DNA from: Mytilus trossulus
Taxonomy: Eukaryota
DNA length: 64,000 nt
Direction of reading: 5' to 3'
Assembly: GCF_036588685.1 (NCBI RefSeq)
Contig: NC_086382.1
Location: forward strand, 56,358,001 to 56,422,000
Part shown: positions 22,325-38,300 of the stretch, piece by piece
How the letters are laid out: each line of letters begins with the position of its first letter
Numbering within the stretch: position 1 is the first letter of the stretch
Notes under the pieces: generated by a model
Told to the model about the DNA's origin: nothing
The model's database searches: none
The model's input: only the letters and a program-made list of their open reading frames with translations
Translations under genes and position numbers: made by a program

Positions 22325-25300
22325 TTAGAGAATTCTTTTTGGTGTGAATGTATCGTCACATCCAACCTTTACACAACTACATGCTGTTGGGATCTTCTCG
22401 GCATGGAGAGTTATTCTTCCATTGTCACTGGGGCATAACACTGCCATGGTTCTGGTGACGTAATTGGTTGGTCGGCAGTAATAATCCTTTTGTGGGGCAT
22501 AATGGAATCTACATTTTGTTGTTCTCTTATGGCTGTAAAATTAAAAGTAAGAACAAATTAAGTTAACATAAACATGAAAACTTTTTGCTGGGATTACGTT
22601 TAACGCTAGACATATGTGAGGGTCTGGATGGGCGGCTTTCATTTCCATAGTTTTTATTTTTTGGTTATTCCCCTCCCCCATTTTCAATTGTGTTTCCTCA
22701 TTATTCTTTATTCCTTATTTTTTCTAACTAATTTTCTCTTCTTTTTTCCCCGATTTTCTGCATTTTTTGTCCTTTATCATCTATCCTGTAAACCCCACCC
22801 ATTCCTTAATGTGTCTCATACATTTACGATAGGATAAAACAATACATGTAGATTAGAAAAAAACCACAGACTGATTACTAGCTATAAGGGACAAGATCGA
22901 AAAGTATGGGAAGAGAGAGATCGTTAATAATTCGTTAAAAAAGATATCGGGGACTGTCGAAAGTAATAGACAATACAACAGACATTACCAACCATTTCCA
23001 TCCGACACCTATTGATAAAGTACAATAGACAAACAACAAGGAATAGGGTTGATATAGACTAACATGAAACTGGCTCACTATTTTTGGGCCATCGCAGTTT
23101 AACATGCGCAAATATGTATGTTTTAGAATATGAAATTTAGAAACTCGTTAACTGGACCAACACACACATTACAATCTAGGGATTACCACAAATATGAATC
23201 ATTAGGATCAGTAACACGTACATAGTCACGTTTGGACTATATATCAATTTAGGCTTACTACAGTAGCATGTCTTTTTTCTTGGATTTGTTGCCATTTGAT
23301 TCAGAAATATTTAACGTTTTTTCTCTCTCATTTTCTGTATTCAATCGTTCATTATGAAAACATGAATAAGATGAAGTGTTACTTATACTTAAGAAAGACA
23401 TCCACCAAATTCTAAACAAAATTTTCTTCTATTTTTACATTATTTTTGGTTGATCTTAGTGTTAATTTTTTTTATAACTAAATGATATGTTTGAGACTAA
23501 AAATTGACTCACCCTATACACTCCACTTTATAAATTGTTTGGACTCCTTGTTCGCTTAAAACGACTTCACAAATTTCATCGCCCAGTTTTTTACCAGTCA
23601 TTATTTGGTTGATGGATCTATAAATATGGGTCACAGGTGTGCGCACTTCTCTGCACATAGGAAATTTATGGATCTTTGCCATTTTCGTCATTCTGAAATA
23701 AAAACATGGTTATATTTATCTAAACCATTTTGTTCTAATGCAGTTTTTATCACGAAATAGAAGAATATTGTAAGACATGTTAACAGATGGTAAAGTTTAA
23801 ATAACCGTGAAATGTTACTAGTAGTACTGCAAACAGCATTAATTCGATATAAAATGTGTTCAAAATTAAAACTAGCATCATTATTTCTGCAATATTCTAA
23901 AATAAGAAATAATTAAAAGAATCTGAGCTCTATTTTGTGATTGTGAGTATTTATTTCCTACAAAAGAACCAACCAGATAAAAACCATTGAAATGTGTTTA
24001 TGTAAAATATTAGTATCAGCTCCAAATTGAACAAGAGTTCAACTTTCAAAAAACTCATTTAGGTGCTATGGGTTTAGAATGAAACAAAAAGAAATAATAT
24101 GCACTCTGACCGTTCCGTGTAAAGACATTTCTGAAGAAACCATTATAAAATTGCAGTGGTGACTTAAATTTTCTTTTTTTTAAATGTATTTACCCAGTTC
24201 CTCTGACATCCTCTACTGCATTTTGTTTAGAGAATATATGTTTTGAGACACCATCGCATTCTTTGCTGTGTTTTAAGTAATTCACAAAACTTCCATCTGA
24301 GTCTGTCATTGCTTGACGGCTGTAAGAGAGAGTTTTATTTAAATCTCATCAAATAGTCAATCATATCTTTAATGTCAAGGCTGTTCAATAAGCTTTTACT
24401 GTATGTAGAGATAAGATGTTTTAATTGGTATGAGGCAGTAAGATGATTTATTTAGTATTAAATGGAAGCATAATTTGACTAATCTACTTATATTTATATT
24501 AAAACACAATGACTGCTATGCTATACAAAATGATGAAATATCGGAGCTAGCGATTGTTTTTTTAAAAAAAATTGTATTTGTTTTTGTCTTAAGTGAAGCG
24601 TGTGTGTGAATTCTGATCCTTGATCTTTACGTTTTGCACTTTTTGTTGTAACATATCACCAAAGTTTTAATGGACTTTAGGTAAACCTCAACGATTACCT
24701 CGAGAATCTCATTTATTTTCTCAGAAATGCTCTCATTATATTTTTAATTATTGCATAGTCATGGCATCTATGATGAGTTTATTTATTAAAAACATTTTGA
24801 ATGATAACAGTACTTACATGTTATATCTAACGTAGCTTTCTGGGACCTTACTCTTATCACATATCCATTCCTGTGGTGGTAGACATTGTCTATACAACAA
24901 GTCGTATTTCTGACAGAGCTGAAATTTCTTACTCATCGGATTAGGGAGAGCAGTTGCAAGCGTCACAGCTATGACAGCAATGTACAGTTGAAGTGGAATC
25001 TGAGAAAAAATCAACACATGTTTTAAATGTCGTACAGCTATCTTTGGTTTCATCTATTTAATGATAAGTTTTGGTCACAGGAATAATATGCGTAAAGATT
25101 ATTAAGCATTACTACTAATACTTTTATATATGTAAACAAGATATTAATATTTTCAAATAAATGAAAAGACATCATGCTCAAATAAACGAACCACTACTAG
25201 TTGAATATATAAAGTTGAAGTGGAACCTGATAGAAAATAAATACATATTTTCTAAATAAATGTCTTTAGGCTATCTTTTATTTATTAATTCAATAAACAG

Positions 25301-25979
25301 TTTTGGTTACAGTGATACAATTATTTGAAGATTAACATGCAATACTATTTATATTGTTTATATATTCAAATCCTTTATCATAAATATCTTCAATAGAACA
25401 AGAAGACATCGTGTACAAATAAACGAACCACAAGTAGCGAAATAGTAAAAACAGAGACACTTATATATATTTATATATACACAGGTATAAGCAGATGAGG
25501 TATGAGTGCCAATGACACTCACCATTCTAGTCAAAATTTATAAAAGTAAACAACTAAAGGTTATATACATGCATTTATGTCTCTTGTAATAAAAGTTGAT
25601 GATCATAATTAAAACCTTCGTTTGATACAAAGATTTCTTTAGAATGAAGAAATTTTCCGAAACATTTATCTTACAAAAGTTTTTTTTTCATATAAAAAAA
25701 AATGTTTTTAATTTCACTGCGATCTTTTTCAAAAAGTAGAAAAAACTTGTTCACAAAAGTTACCTAAATATAAGTAGTTCCTGTAATATTTACCATTTGA
25801 AGACTTTGATATATAGGTAAATTCAGAATAGAGTTATGTATACAGAATATTTCCCTAACAAAATATAGTTTTTTCCAAATAGAACATTTTAATACTTAGA
25901 GTATCTTTTGAGGTGTTCAAACATTTTCAACTTATTATAAGTATATCTTTTTACATTAATTTAGATTACATCTTACCAT
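22325..25979 (-). CDS. B2: 232-aa Spaetzle-like cystine-knot protein with a complete knot
   Basis: Exons 25979-25977, 24999-24818, 24319-24194, 23692-23513 and 22532-22325 sum to 699 nt in frame. Ends IPTACSCVKVGCDDTFTPKRIL. Confidence 0.9.
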
Positions 25980-26346
25980 TTTTATTTCTTGTATCGAATC
26001 AAAATTAAATCTGATTTATAAACTAGAAAATACGGATATTTATATGCATAAACGAGGAAATTAACTTCTACGGTTTTGTAACATCGTTATTTGATTCGTC
26101 CTTTTATTTGTACGTTATACACTGATGTATTACTTAAAAGTCTTAAGGCTATGTTAACAAAATAAAAGTTACGTCACAACACATAATTTTTATCATATAC
26201 ATGCTCTATGGTTTTGACTATTTGACGTAATAGTGTCCTAACGAGCTGCGATTGGCTTTAAAATCCCTTTCCTCATGGCACTAGAATACATAAAAGAAAC
26301 GAAATTTTGAGTATTTAGAAAGAACAGTTGTTCGACAGATATTAAG
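25980..26346. promoter_or_regulatory. Bidirectional promoter B2/A2 (367 bp)
   Basis: Same motifs as unit 1, with an ~54-bp deletion between the two CRE-like sites. Confidence 0.72.
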
Positions 26347-28624
26347 ATGGTAAGAGAAGTATTCTTTAATTAATGATATTTTAGTTTAGTAAAGCTGCAT
26401 ACACTATTATATTGTAAGTTAACACATTTTATATAAAAATCATTTTTAGATGATTGGTAATATAAAAGTAAAGTATAGCACTGTAATATTTAACATTGGT
26501 TCTTTTATATCAAGACATTTTATTTACAAATGTGAATGAAATCGTGTTATAACAATTGTAAACTTATCTTTTATCTAGATGACTATGTTTATTGTTTGGT
26601 TTGCGGTACTAGGAGTCACTGGAGCTTACAAGTGTATGGATCCTCCAGAAATGCATTGGCCTGATAAGGTCAGAATATGTGATGGAGAATTTGGAAGTAG
26701 TCCTGGATGTAATGATGAATATACAGTCCCGTATAACCAGTAGGTACATCCTTGAGCCAGAAATATTCTACACACATTACAAGTATTATTAAACTTCCTA
26801 ACTTAAAAATTTGAAAATTGCACTTGAATGATTTTCAACAGATTTTATGAATTAAAACTGTGTATGTATTTAGCAGCAGTCGATTTCTAATTTATATGAC
26901 TATCCGAATATTAGATTTTTACATCAATTTCGTAAAGGTTTGTTGTCTAATTGCTTGTAATAAGAATTTGCTCAACTCTATATTTTATTAATCGCTTCGT
27001 ATGGATTTTATTTTCATTTGTATCTATTTTTCAGCTATCATATAGAAAGCGCCCTTCAAGCTGACAGAGATCTTCTATCCTTCGTTGAGGATTCTTGTAA
27101 AATATACTCTCCAGAACTTCCCCTTGAATATGAGTAAGTTTTGATTAATATCTATCAGTAATTATAATGACATTCGCCAAAATCGAAGGGCTATATGTTG
27201 TAACTAGGTTGTGTGTTACTTGTTGTTATCTGAATGTTCCAAATTCCTCAAAAAGGATAACCAACTTTCTTAATAGATATAACAAATCATCAATGAAATA
27301 ATATTTATCAATTTCATCCTTCCGAATCGATCACCTTGCTTTATTTTCTTCAAGAGCGCCTAAACACAAAATATTGAAAAACCAAAAATGTATAGATAAA
27401 TGAAAAAGTTATGAGCTATGTCACTATAATGGACATTAAACGAATGTTTTATACATTGATAAATATAATTAAGATGTATTCTCATTAGATATTTTATTAA
27501 AACACAGTCATATCATTTATGACCACTTTTGTATTACTACAAAGTAATAGCATTCATCAACAATATGATATTACAACACAGTCAGAACATTTATCAACAC
27601 TTTTTTTTTACTACAAGTCATCCACACTGTGTTATTACAACACAGAGACGTCATGACAATCGTTCTCACCGTGTGGTTTCAATACAATCATCAAATCTTT
27701 TCATAACGTCTTATGACATCAAAGTTCTAAATTTTAACAGTATTTTATTATTACAAGAAAGTTACAACATTTAATCGCAACGTGTGATATTTCAACAAAG
27801 TCAAATATATGGTTATGAAATTACCTGGACGGCTAGAAATCATAAGAAACATATAGTCTATTATTTTTCTATTCCGTACAAATTTATATGATTCCCCCCC
27901 CTTTTTAGACAATGTCCAATTGATGGTGGTGATCTTGGAAAAACGCTAGGCAGATGTGAGAAAGTTTGTGATGGCAATTATGTTAATGTAACAGCTGTGA
28001 ATGTGCAAATGGTAGACGAAAAAACAAAAAGCTTTAGATGGAGCAAATGTTATGTTATACGTCCATGGGAACAGAAAGTTTACTATATGAAGTGCAAGTA
28101 AGTAGTTATATCACTCAAAGCTGTTTTTTCTAATGAACTTTTTTCAATTTTCAATTATTATTATCATTGAAGTAGAGGTGGTATCAAAAAGTCAAATATG
28201 TTCACATGTATTGATTGTGATACTTCGTTTAATATCTTATCAACCTTTCTTCTCTATTTATTTTTCAAGTTTACTAATTGGTAAATGATGAGGTTCAGGC
28301 TCATCTTCTTAAATACTTTATTATGTTTGATGGAAATTGAAGATTACAGGCTTCTTTATCTAAATCAAAAAAATAGTTATTTGATTTTTTTTTAATTTCA
28401 GAAGTGATCGACCTACTTTTGAGAGCAGTTCATTTAAGTGTGTTCCAGACAACTTTATCAGACGTAGGGTTGCTGTTTTCTGTCCAGAATTCAAAGAGCA
28501 CCAATGTCAAAAAGTGGACCTCGAATTACCAACTAATTGTGCTGCAAGCCGATTTGAATGTGTCCAACCGAAGAAAACAAAGCAACAAAGCGTAGACAGC
28601 TTTTTCGATTCATTGTTTTTGTAG
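26347..28624 (+). CDS. A2: 224-aa degenerate-knot protein
   Basis: Exons 26347-26349, 26579-26739, 27035-27133, 27909-28097 and 28402-28624; frame intact. Confidence 0.92.
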
Positions 28625-29158
28625 TTCAGTCTTTTAAAGAACTATCCGCACAGTGTGCTGCAGGTCGATTCTAATGGTGTCATAAAAACCATTCTGAACA
28701 GACGAAAAAGATGAAATGCCTTCAATTGTGACCTCACATATTAGAAAGTTTTGTATTTAAATCCATGCAGACTGTGATATTTTGTTGTTTTTTTTGTAAT
28801 ATTGTGCACATCATCATCCATTATGCCATGTTCTTGTAATAGTGACTAATGTATAAATAAAATATAATATTTTATATATCTGTGTCTGGTAGTTTATTTT
28901 CCCCCTGTGTAGGATAGTTAGTAATTGACATTAGTTAAAGAGATTTTTTTACGAATTAAGATTTCATTGGTTTATCTTATTTTCCATTATAAAAGAAAGC
29001 ATGTCTTGCGAGAGGTTTGGCATACCATTTAACCAGGTTTAACCCTATTTATTTAAGCCAGGAATATGGCAGTTATTATCAAATAGTTCGTTGTATGTGT
29101 GTTGGCGGTTTTTTTTTGTGGTAAATTGTGAAGTGTTTCAATAACTACATGTAGTTAT

Positions 29159-29972
29159 CTAATCCGAAATTACTCTGATGTCCAACGACTGTTTTGGCAG
29201 ACAAGCTTGGGCCGTGTGACGTCAGAGCTTGTCCCATATCAAAAAAATGATATTTGCCCGTCCAAAATGGATGCGCCGCTTCGTTGCTTCTAGGGGCGAC
29301 TGACGGCCTTGGAATTATATAAATCAGGCATCAATCTGTTAATTTTTCATTTATCTCTTCATTCATTTCACCCTTTATATCCCCCTATTTTAACAGTTTT
29401 CTCAGTGACGCATCGATTCTGGTATTTTAACTTTCATTTTGAAAGTTTGTCATGTGATCAACGAGAAAAAGTAAGGCACAATGTATTATGGGAGCTGATG
29501 ACCCTAGGTCAATGTGAATACATAATCTAACATCTCGTTCATTTACGATGCAAGTACGGTCCGAGTGCTTCCGATTGTTATCATTATTGGCTACTGAATG
29601 TTTAATACCGATCTCCTGTAAAGAAGATTAAGAAATATACACAATCCCGAAATTAGCATAAATATTTGAATAATTTCAGTCTCGAGGCCGCCAACTATGA
29701 AACTATGAACTGTGAAAACTATTAAAATAGGGAAAATAATGGGTGGCAGGTAGGTGAAACTTACATGAATGAAGAGATAAATAAAAAATGGACAGATTGA
29801 TGACCGATTTATATAATTCCAAGGCCGTTAGTTGGCCCTAGAAGCAACGAAGCAGCGCATCCCTTTAAGACGGGCAAATATCCACTTTATGATATGAGAC
29901 GAGCTCTGACGTCCAACGACTCCACCTTGTCTGACAAAACAGCCGTTGGACGTCAGAGTAATCTCGGACTAG
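29159..29972. mobile_element. Long-TIR MITE (unit 2; right arm partly deleted)
   Basis: Copy of 16889-17751, ~50 bp shorter. Confidence 0.88.
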
Positions 29973-30169
29973 AAGTTATCTACACGACGTAGATTATGCC
30001 TTGGATTGACTTTTTTCTATTTCAAACAAATGATTTGCGAGTTATTCAATCAACCAGTAAGGTTTTATCCCATATTGTTCCGTTGCTTTTCTCGTACTTT
30101 TTGTGTTTCCATCGGGTTTAGTCTATAATCTATATTTGTTTTCGCCGAAGCGATTTATGACTTTTAAAC

Positions 30170-32804
30170 TTAAAATGCAAAATGAAGTTAAGGAATTTCT
30201 TTCGAGAGCAGATAGATAAAATTATAAGAAATCTTCAGTCATACAAAGCTAGTTAATTTGAGATTCACAATGATTTTTTAAAGTTTGGTAGCGATGCACT
30301 TGTGGATTCACTTGTTTATCTCTTCACCATTATTACTGACATTGAAGCTGTTCCTGGTGATTGGCAAAATGGCATCATCAAACCCCTACTCAAAGCTGGG
30401 TCTGTCTATTATATTGATAACTATAGGGGGATTACTTTAACGTCTAATGTGTAAAAGGTATATTCGAAAAGTTTGGTGGAATCTGTTATGACCTACTTAG
30501 AAGAAAATAATATTTTAGGCAAGGTTCAGGGAGCATTTAGAAAAAATAGAAGAACAGATGATCATATTTTTACTCTACAAGGTATTTGTTCTATACGAAA
30601 AGCTAAAAAATATAAAACACTTTTCGCTTTTCTAGACCTATTAAAAGCTTTTGATAGAGTCTGGCAGGATGGCTTTTCTATTTATTGTGGAAAACTGCCA
30701 TTCAAGGTGAATTGCCTATTATTTGCTGATGATGAAGTCCTTATCGGGAAGTCCGAGGCGGAACTACATCGTCTGCTTGATATAACAGCTAATTTTGCTT
30801 CAAAGTGAAATCTAAAATGTAACCAAAACAAATCCAAAGTTATGATAATAGGTAAGCGTTTAGATAAGGATCAGAAGTAGCAATTAGGTAACCTGCTCTG
30901 GCTTGAGGAAGCCAATGAAAACAAATATCTGAGTTTATTTTACGCGTTCTTTGACTTTTGCCTAAAAGCTAAAAAATATAAAACATTTTTAGCTTTCTAG
31001 AACTATCAAAAGCTTTCGATAGAGTCTGGCGTGATAGCCTTTTCTATTTATTGTGGAAAACTAGCATTCAAGGTAAGTGTAGGAAACTGCTCAAATCACT
31101 TTACAGTAATGTACATAACAAAGTTTTGTTTGGTGATTGTGAACCAGGTTTCTTTGATCAATAATTTGGCTTGAAACAAGACTGTGTTTTGTCTCCGGCT
31201 CTTTTCTCTGTTCTAATAAATGACCTCGTAAGCATGCTCGAAGCCAACAATGTTGGTGCCGACCTATCCTCACAACTAGTGAATTGCCTTTTATTTGCTG
31301 ATGATGTAGTCCTTATCGGGAAGTCCGATGCGGACCTACATCGTCTGCTTGATATAACAGCTAATTTTGGTTCAAAGTGGAATCTAAAATTTAACCAAAA
31401 CAAATCCAAGGTTATGATAATAGGTAAGCGTTTAGATAAAGATAAGAAGTAGCAATTATGTAACCTGATCCGGCTTGAGGAAGCCAATGAATACACATAT
31501 CTCGGGGTTTATTTACGCGTTCTTTGACTTTTGCCTACCATATAAATCGTTACTTAAAAGATAACTTCGAGCGCAATCTCAATTATATGACTAAGTAACT
31601 AAATGAGCACGGATCTTTCAATCGCATATTCTTCGGAGATGCCCTCTGGAACTCGGTAATACGGCCATATATCGCACACGGTTGTGCTGTGTAGCTGCCG
31701 TCATCAGTTTCAGGCAAACAAATTCTTGAAACTTACAATATAAATCGGCGAAATCCATTTTAAGTACTAATATGAATATCCCTAAGTCGGCTCTGTTCGT
31801 AGATTAAGTTGGGAACCGATAAATAATTTCCTTGATAGACAAAGGGTGTCTCATTTTGCTAGAATTCGTGACCTAGATAAGAATAGATTATGTCGAATCA
31901 TATTTGACGAGCTAAAGGGCTTAGCGCTACATCGAGAATGGGGATATCCCCAGTATATGAAAAATATGTTTGATACTGTTGGTCTTGATCTTTTTTTACA
32001 ACTGAAATGCTAACCTGAATATTTTCAAACAGTTTTTTGGAAAGTTTGTTCGTGAAAGAGAATTTCAAGTTATAAGAAATAAAAATAGTCTAAATGCGTT
32101 TTTCAAATTTAACCTTGCGTCAGGTAGACAGTCTTATTTGTCAAACTTGATCGATTTTAAGTCTTCAAGGTTAAAATTGTTAGCACATACAAATTGTTTA
32201 CCCATGAATCAAGTTTGGTATAGAATGTGCGAGACTCAAATTTGTCAAATGTGTTCATGCAAATCTGAGGAGTCCGTGGAACATTTCGTTCTCGAAGTTT
32301 CTGAATATTCTGCTATACGAAATAAGTATTTTGCCGATATTAATGAGAACCTAAGTACTTACATCCCCGACTTTTGCCTCACAGAGTTACCGTTCTACGA
32401 AAAATTAAACATACTGCTAGGTGAATATTTTTATAAGGTTGATTCAAATGTTTGTAAACATGTTGACACTTTTAGTAAAAAGATGTTGAGTGAAATGTTC
32501 ACTTACAGATCTTCACTTTTAGAAAATTAAGCTAACTGTGATTTACGTGTGCAACTTAATTGATGTGATCTCTAAATGTTGAGATTTTATATTAATATAT
32601 AATGCTGTTATGTTTTACATGAATGTTGACTTGTTTTAAAAAAAAAAAATATTTTTTAACTTTGATATTGTCCTATGTGTATTTTTATTTCATTGTACTT
32701 TATTCATTGTATATGCTCTTGCACGCATTTGTGGTTACCCTACCTGCAAGTGCCCCCGTTGTAAAGGGCTAGTTTCTTATTAAATATAAATATATATATA
32801 TATA
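30170..32804 (+). mobile_element. Decayed LINE RT plus C-terminal Cys/His knuckle (unit 2)
   Basis: RT motifs; CQMC…ESVEHF in ORF 32138-32530; (TA)n tail. Confidence 0.9.
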
Positions 32805-35391
32805 TAAACAAACGCTTACTACTGTTGCCTTTATGTATCATTATGTAAAAAACATGACATAAATCAGACCGCAAAACAAGGAGAAACAAAACGTATTAGC
32901 TAAAAGAGCATATATATAATTAAATGTTTTTAAAAAAGAAGAATGTTACAATTAAACTTATCTTGCATTTAAAATGACAGGTCGTCTTACTATTCTTTTA
33001 CAATGGATAATAATTTCAACCAAGTATAATAAGGTCAGAATGTCACTATGAATACTTAGAATCCCTGAAAGTACAAAAGTAAGTCGATTCTTAGGTTTGA
33101 CTTGGTTAAACTTATTATATTGAATGAATAATCTTATAGTAATTTATGTTTTTTTTTGTCCTTTCATAGAGATTAATAAATATACTTAATTGTAAATACT
33201 GTAAAGTGATATTATGTTTTCGTATATAATCACACCATCAGTATCATATGCTCGTCCTTAAATTATGTAAATTGCGGGATTTTTTGTAGAATGACCCACT
33301 TGCCAAATAGTTTTGTCAAAATTTAGAACCTAAGCACAGCTGATATATTTTCACATTTAATTTGAAATGGAAACCCATTTTTTTATTCCGTTAAAATATG
33401 TTATTAGAAATTGTTATGTTATTTAACCTTCGCAGATTATGCATTATATTCTCTCCTTACCCTAAAACATTTTTTTTAAATTTCATTAATTCAACACGCA
33501 TAACAAAGATATTTTACACAATTACACAATGACAATGTATAAGTATAGAGCCACGCCAAAAGACTGTTACTAAACATGGTATACAGGTTAAATCTCCATT
33601 AACTGCAAACTACTGCATATCTAAGTTTAGAAGCACATAACTAGGGTCCAGAGAGGGATGGCAGCAGTGAGAACATTTACAAGGTACATATAAAATCTCA
33701 GAAAACTTCACTCAATATATTATAAAACAAATTATTTTACAGACAATTCTAATGTTATTTTAAATTTTACCCAAACTTTGTTTTAATACTGTTGATTCAT
33801 TTATTTTCGTGGGCACAATTTTCGTGGATGAAGGAAAACTTGCACATTCGTTGTTTTGCCGAAGTCTTTATGCAAGCCTTAAGAAATTTTTTATTCGATG
33901 AACATACGTGGTTCACACTTTACCCACGAAATCAACGAAAATTGGTATCCAATGAATAATAATGAATAATAAATAGATTCGGCGAAAACACACATGTATT
34001 AAAGAATAAACCGAAAGGAGACACTCAAGTACGAAAAAAGCAACGGAACATTTTAGGATAAAATCTAATTGGTTGATAGGATAACTCACAAATAAGTTAT
34101 TTGAAATAAGAAAAGCCAACCCAAGGCAAAAACCATATCGTGTAGATAACTACATAAAGTTATTAAAACACTTCACTATATACCGACTAAGAAGACACAA
34201 AAGAGGTTATCAAAAAATAAAAAAAAAAGAACAAGGCCAGATGTGTATGTCCAAACGATCATGCAAAGGGTTTGGTATTGACAATGATAAAACTATTCGA
34301 AATAACCACATTGACGATGATTCAATTCATTTAAGGTTACCATACCGCTGTCAATATAGAGCGAACCTTATACCATACCGTATTTATAAGGTTTCAATAT
34401 TACCAATGTGAAACGATTCAAACGAAAAACATGAACAGCCAAAAAAATTGTCAACATGCGACTTCTCTTACTAACGAAACAATATCTTAAGAAAAAAATT
34501 TGAAAACAAAAAATTATTTTGCCTCTTAAATTTTAAAGTCTACTCCAGATTTAATCAGTCCAACTGTTCAAACATAGTAATGACATATTTATTAAGTTCT
34601 GTATACCGAAAAGGACGGATAAGAAAGAAGGCAGTTCATCCTTAAACTAAAAATGTATGTAGGACAGGGTGTCAGATACTAATATAATAATATATTATAT
34701 CACTATATAGGTTATAATCGGCTGATGACAAAGTCTGGTTTTAATGAACTTTTTTAGGAAAAATATTCTCATATCGACCGCATGCATATTCTTTAATTGT
34801 GATATAAGCCCTGTCAATTTGACAAAAATAGAACAAACATTCATTTGATTGGTGTTAACTATTTTAATTGTATGTAGGACAGAGGTGCAATATACTAAAA
34901 GTATAAGAGAGGTGACAGATAGTCATACAAAAGATATTCCAGAAGTTGAAAAACATTGGTTAGCAATAAAAAACGACAACATACAAAAACAGTGCTCAAG
35001 ACACAGCATAGAAACAAAAGACTGGAAATCATGAACCTAACCTAACCCGATGTGATCTTAGGTGCTCCTGAAGGGTGGACATAGTTTGATCTCCATGTGA
35101 CACCCGTAAATATTTATAAATGCCGATACACCTCTTCTGAAAAAGGAATGAAAAAACCCTTCAAGATTCGTCAAATCTATTTTTTTTACAACATGATAAA
35201 ATTCATTTGTATAGTTTAGGTTCTTGTCATTTATAATAGATAATAGAAGTACAATATTTAAAGCTATTTTTATTAAATACTATTGTTATGGTTTGTTAGT
35301 AGACATAAACATAAAAGACAATACACATAAATGATTAGGATGAAATATATTGCACATGCCCTTGTAAGTGACTCAATAATGTTCTTTCACT

Positions 35392-38300
35392 TTATAGAAT
35401 TCTTTTTGTTGTGAATGTATCGTCACATCCAACCTTTACACAACTACATGCTGTTGGGATCTTCTCGGCATGGAGAGTTATTCTTCCATTGTCACTAGGG
35501 CATAACACTGCCATGGTTCTGGTGACGTAATTGGTTGGTCGGCAGTAATAATCCTTTTGTGGGGCATAATGGAATCTACATTTTGTTGTTCTCTTATGGC
35601 TGTAAAATTAAAAGTAAGAACAAATTAAGTTAACATAAATATGATAATTTTTTGCTGGAATTACGTTAAATGAGATGCAGGCTACACTCCAATGATACAA
35701 ATAACCCAAGGTATATAATGAAAGTGAACACAAGTCTTCAACGCTAGACATATGTGATGGGCGGCTTTCATTTCCATAGTTTTTATTTTTTGGTAATTCC
35801 CCTCCCCCATTTTCAATTGTGTTTCCTCATTATTCTCTATTCCTTATTTTTTTGGACTATTTTTCTTTTCTTTTTTCACCGATTTTCTGCATTTTTTGTC
35901 CTTTATCCTCTATCCTGTAAAACCCACCCAGACTTAATGTGTCTCATACATTTACGATGGGGTAAAACAATACATGTAGATTAGAAAAAAACACAGACTG
36001 ATTACTAGCTATAAGGGACAAGATCGAAAAGTATGGGAAGAGAGAGATCGTTAATAATTCGTTAAAAAAGATATCGGGGACTGTCGAAAGTAATAGACAA
36101 TACAACAGACATTACCAACCACTTCCATCCGACACCTATTGATAAAGTACAATAGACAAACAACAAGGAATAGGGTTGATATAGACTAACATGAAACTGG
36201 TCCACTATTGTTGGGCCATCGCAGTTCAACATGCGCAAATATGTATGTTTTAGAATATGAAATTTAGAAACTCATTAACTGGACCAACACACACATTACA
36301 ATCTAGGGATTACCACAAATATGAATCATTAGGATCAGTAACACGTACATAGTCACGTTTGGACTCTATATCAGTTTAGCCTTACTACAGTAGCATGTCT
36401 TTTTTCTTGGATTTGGTGCCATTTGATTCAGAAATATTTAACGTTTTTTCTCTCTCATTTTCTGTATTCAATCGTTCATTATGAAAACATGAATAAGATG
36501 AAGTGTTACTTATACTTAAGAAAGACATCCACCAAATTCTAAACAAAACTTTCTTCTATTTTTACATTATTTTTGGTTGATCTTAGTGTTAATTGTTTTA
36601 TAACTAAATGATATGTTTGAGACTAAAAATTAACTCACCCTATACACTCCACTTTATAAATTGTTTGGACTCCTTGTTCGCTTAAAACGACTTCACAAAT
36701 TTCATCCCCCAGTTTTTTACCAGTCATTATTTGGTTGATGGATCTATAAATATGGGTCACAGGTGTGCGCACTTCTCTGCACATAGGAAATTTATGGATC
36801 TTTGCCATTTTCGTCATTCTGAAATAAAAACATGGTTATATTTATCTAAATCATTTTGTTCTAATGCAGTTTTTATCACGAAATAGAAGAATATTGTAAG
36901 ACATGTTAACAGATGGTAAAGTTTAAATAACTGTGAAATGTTACTAGTAGTACTGCAAACAGCATTAATTCGATATAAAATGTGTTCAAAATTAAAAATA
37001 GCATCATTATCTCTGCAATATTCTAAAAAAAGAAATAATTAAAAGAATCTGAGCTCTATTTTGTGATTGTGAGTATTTATTTCCTACAAAAGAACCAACC
37101 AGATAGAAAACATTGAAATGTGTTTATGTAAAAGATTAGTATCAGCTCCAAATTGAACAAGAGTTCAACTTTCAAAAAACAACTCATTTAGGTGCTATGG
37201 GTTTAGAATGAAACAAAAAGAAATAATATGCACTCTGACCGTTCCGTGTAAAGACATTTCTGAAGAAACCATTTTAAAATTGCAGTGGTGACTTAAAATT
37301 TTCTATTTTTAAAATGTATTTACCCAGTTCCTCTGACATCCTCTACTGCATTTTGTTTAGAGAATATGTGTTTTGAGACACCATCGCATTCTTTGCTGTG
37401 TTTTAAGTAATTCACAAAACTTCCATCTGAGTCTGTCATTGCTTGACGGCTGTAAGAGAGAGTTTTATTTAAATCTCATCAAATATCAATCACATCTTTA
37501 ATGTCAAGGCTGTTCAATAAGCTTTTACTGTATGTAGAGATAAGATGTTTTAATTGGTATGAGGCAGTAAGATGATTTATTTAGTATTAAATGGAAGCAT
37601 AATTTGCCTCATCTACTTATATTTATATTAAAACACAATGACTGCTATGCTATACAAAATGATGAAATATCGGAGCTAGCGATTGTTTTTTTTTAATTTG
37701 TATTTGTTTTTGTCTTAAGTGAAGCGTGTGTGTGAATTCTGATCCTTGATCTTTACGTTTTGCACTTTTTGTTGTAACATATCACCAAAGTTTTAATGGA
37801 CTTTAGGTAAACCTCAACGATTACCTCGAGAATCTCATTTATTTTCTCAGAAGTGCTCTCATTATATTTTTAATTATTGCATAATCATGGCATCTATGAT
37901 GAGTTTATTTATTAATAACATTTTGAATGATAAGAGTACTTACATGTTATATCTAACGTAGTTTTCTGGGACCTTACTCTTATCACATATCCATTCCTGT
38001 GGTGGTAGACATTGTCTATACAACAAGTCGTATTTCTGACAGAGCTGAAATTTCTTACTCATCGGATTAGGGAGAGCAGTTGCAAGCGTCACAGCTATGA
38101 CAGCAATGTACAGTTGAAGTGGAATCTGAGAAAAAATCAACACATGTTTTAAATGAATGTCGTACAGCTATCTTTGGTTTCATCTATTTAATGATAAGTT
38201 TTGGTCACAGGAATAATATGCGTAAAGATTATCAAGCATTACTACTAATACTTTTATATATGTAAACAAGCTATTAATATTTTCAAATAAATGAAAATAC

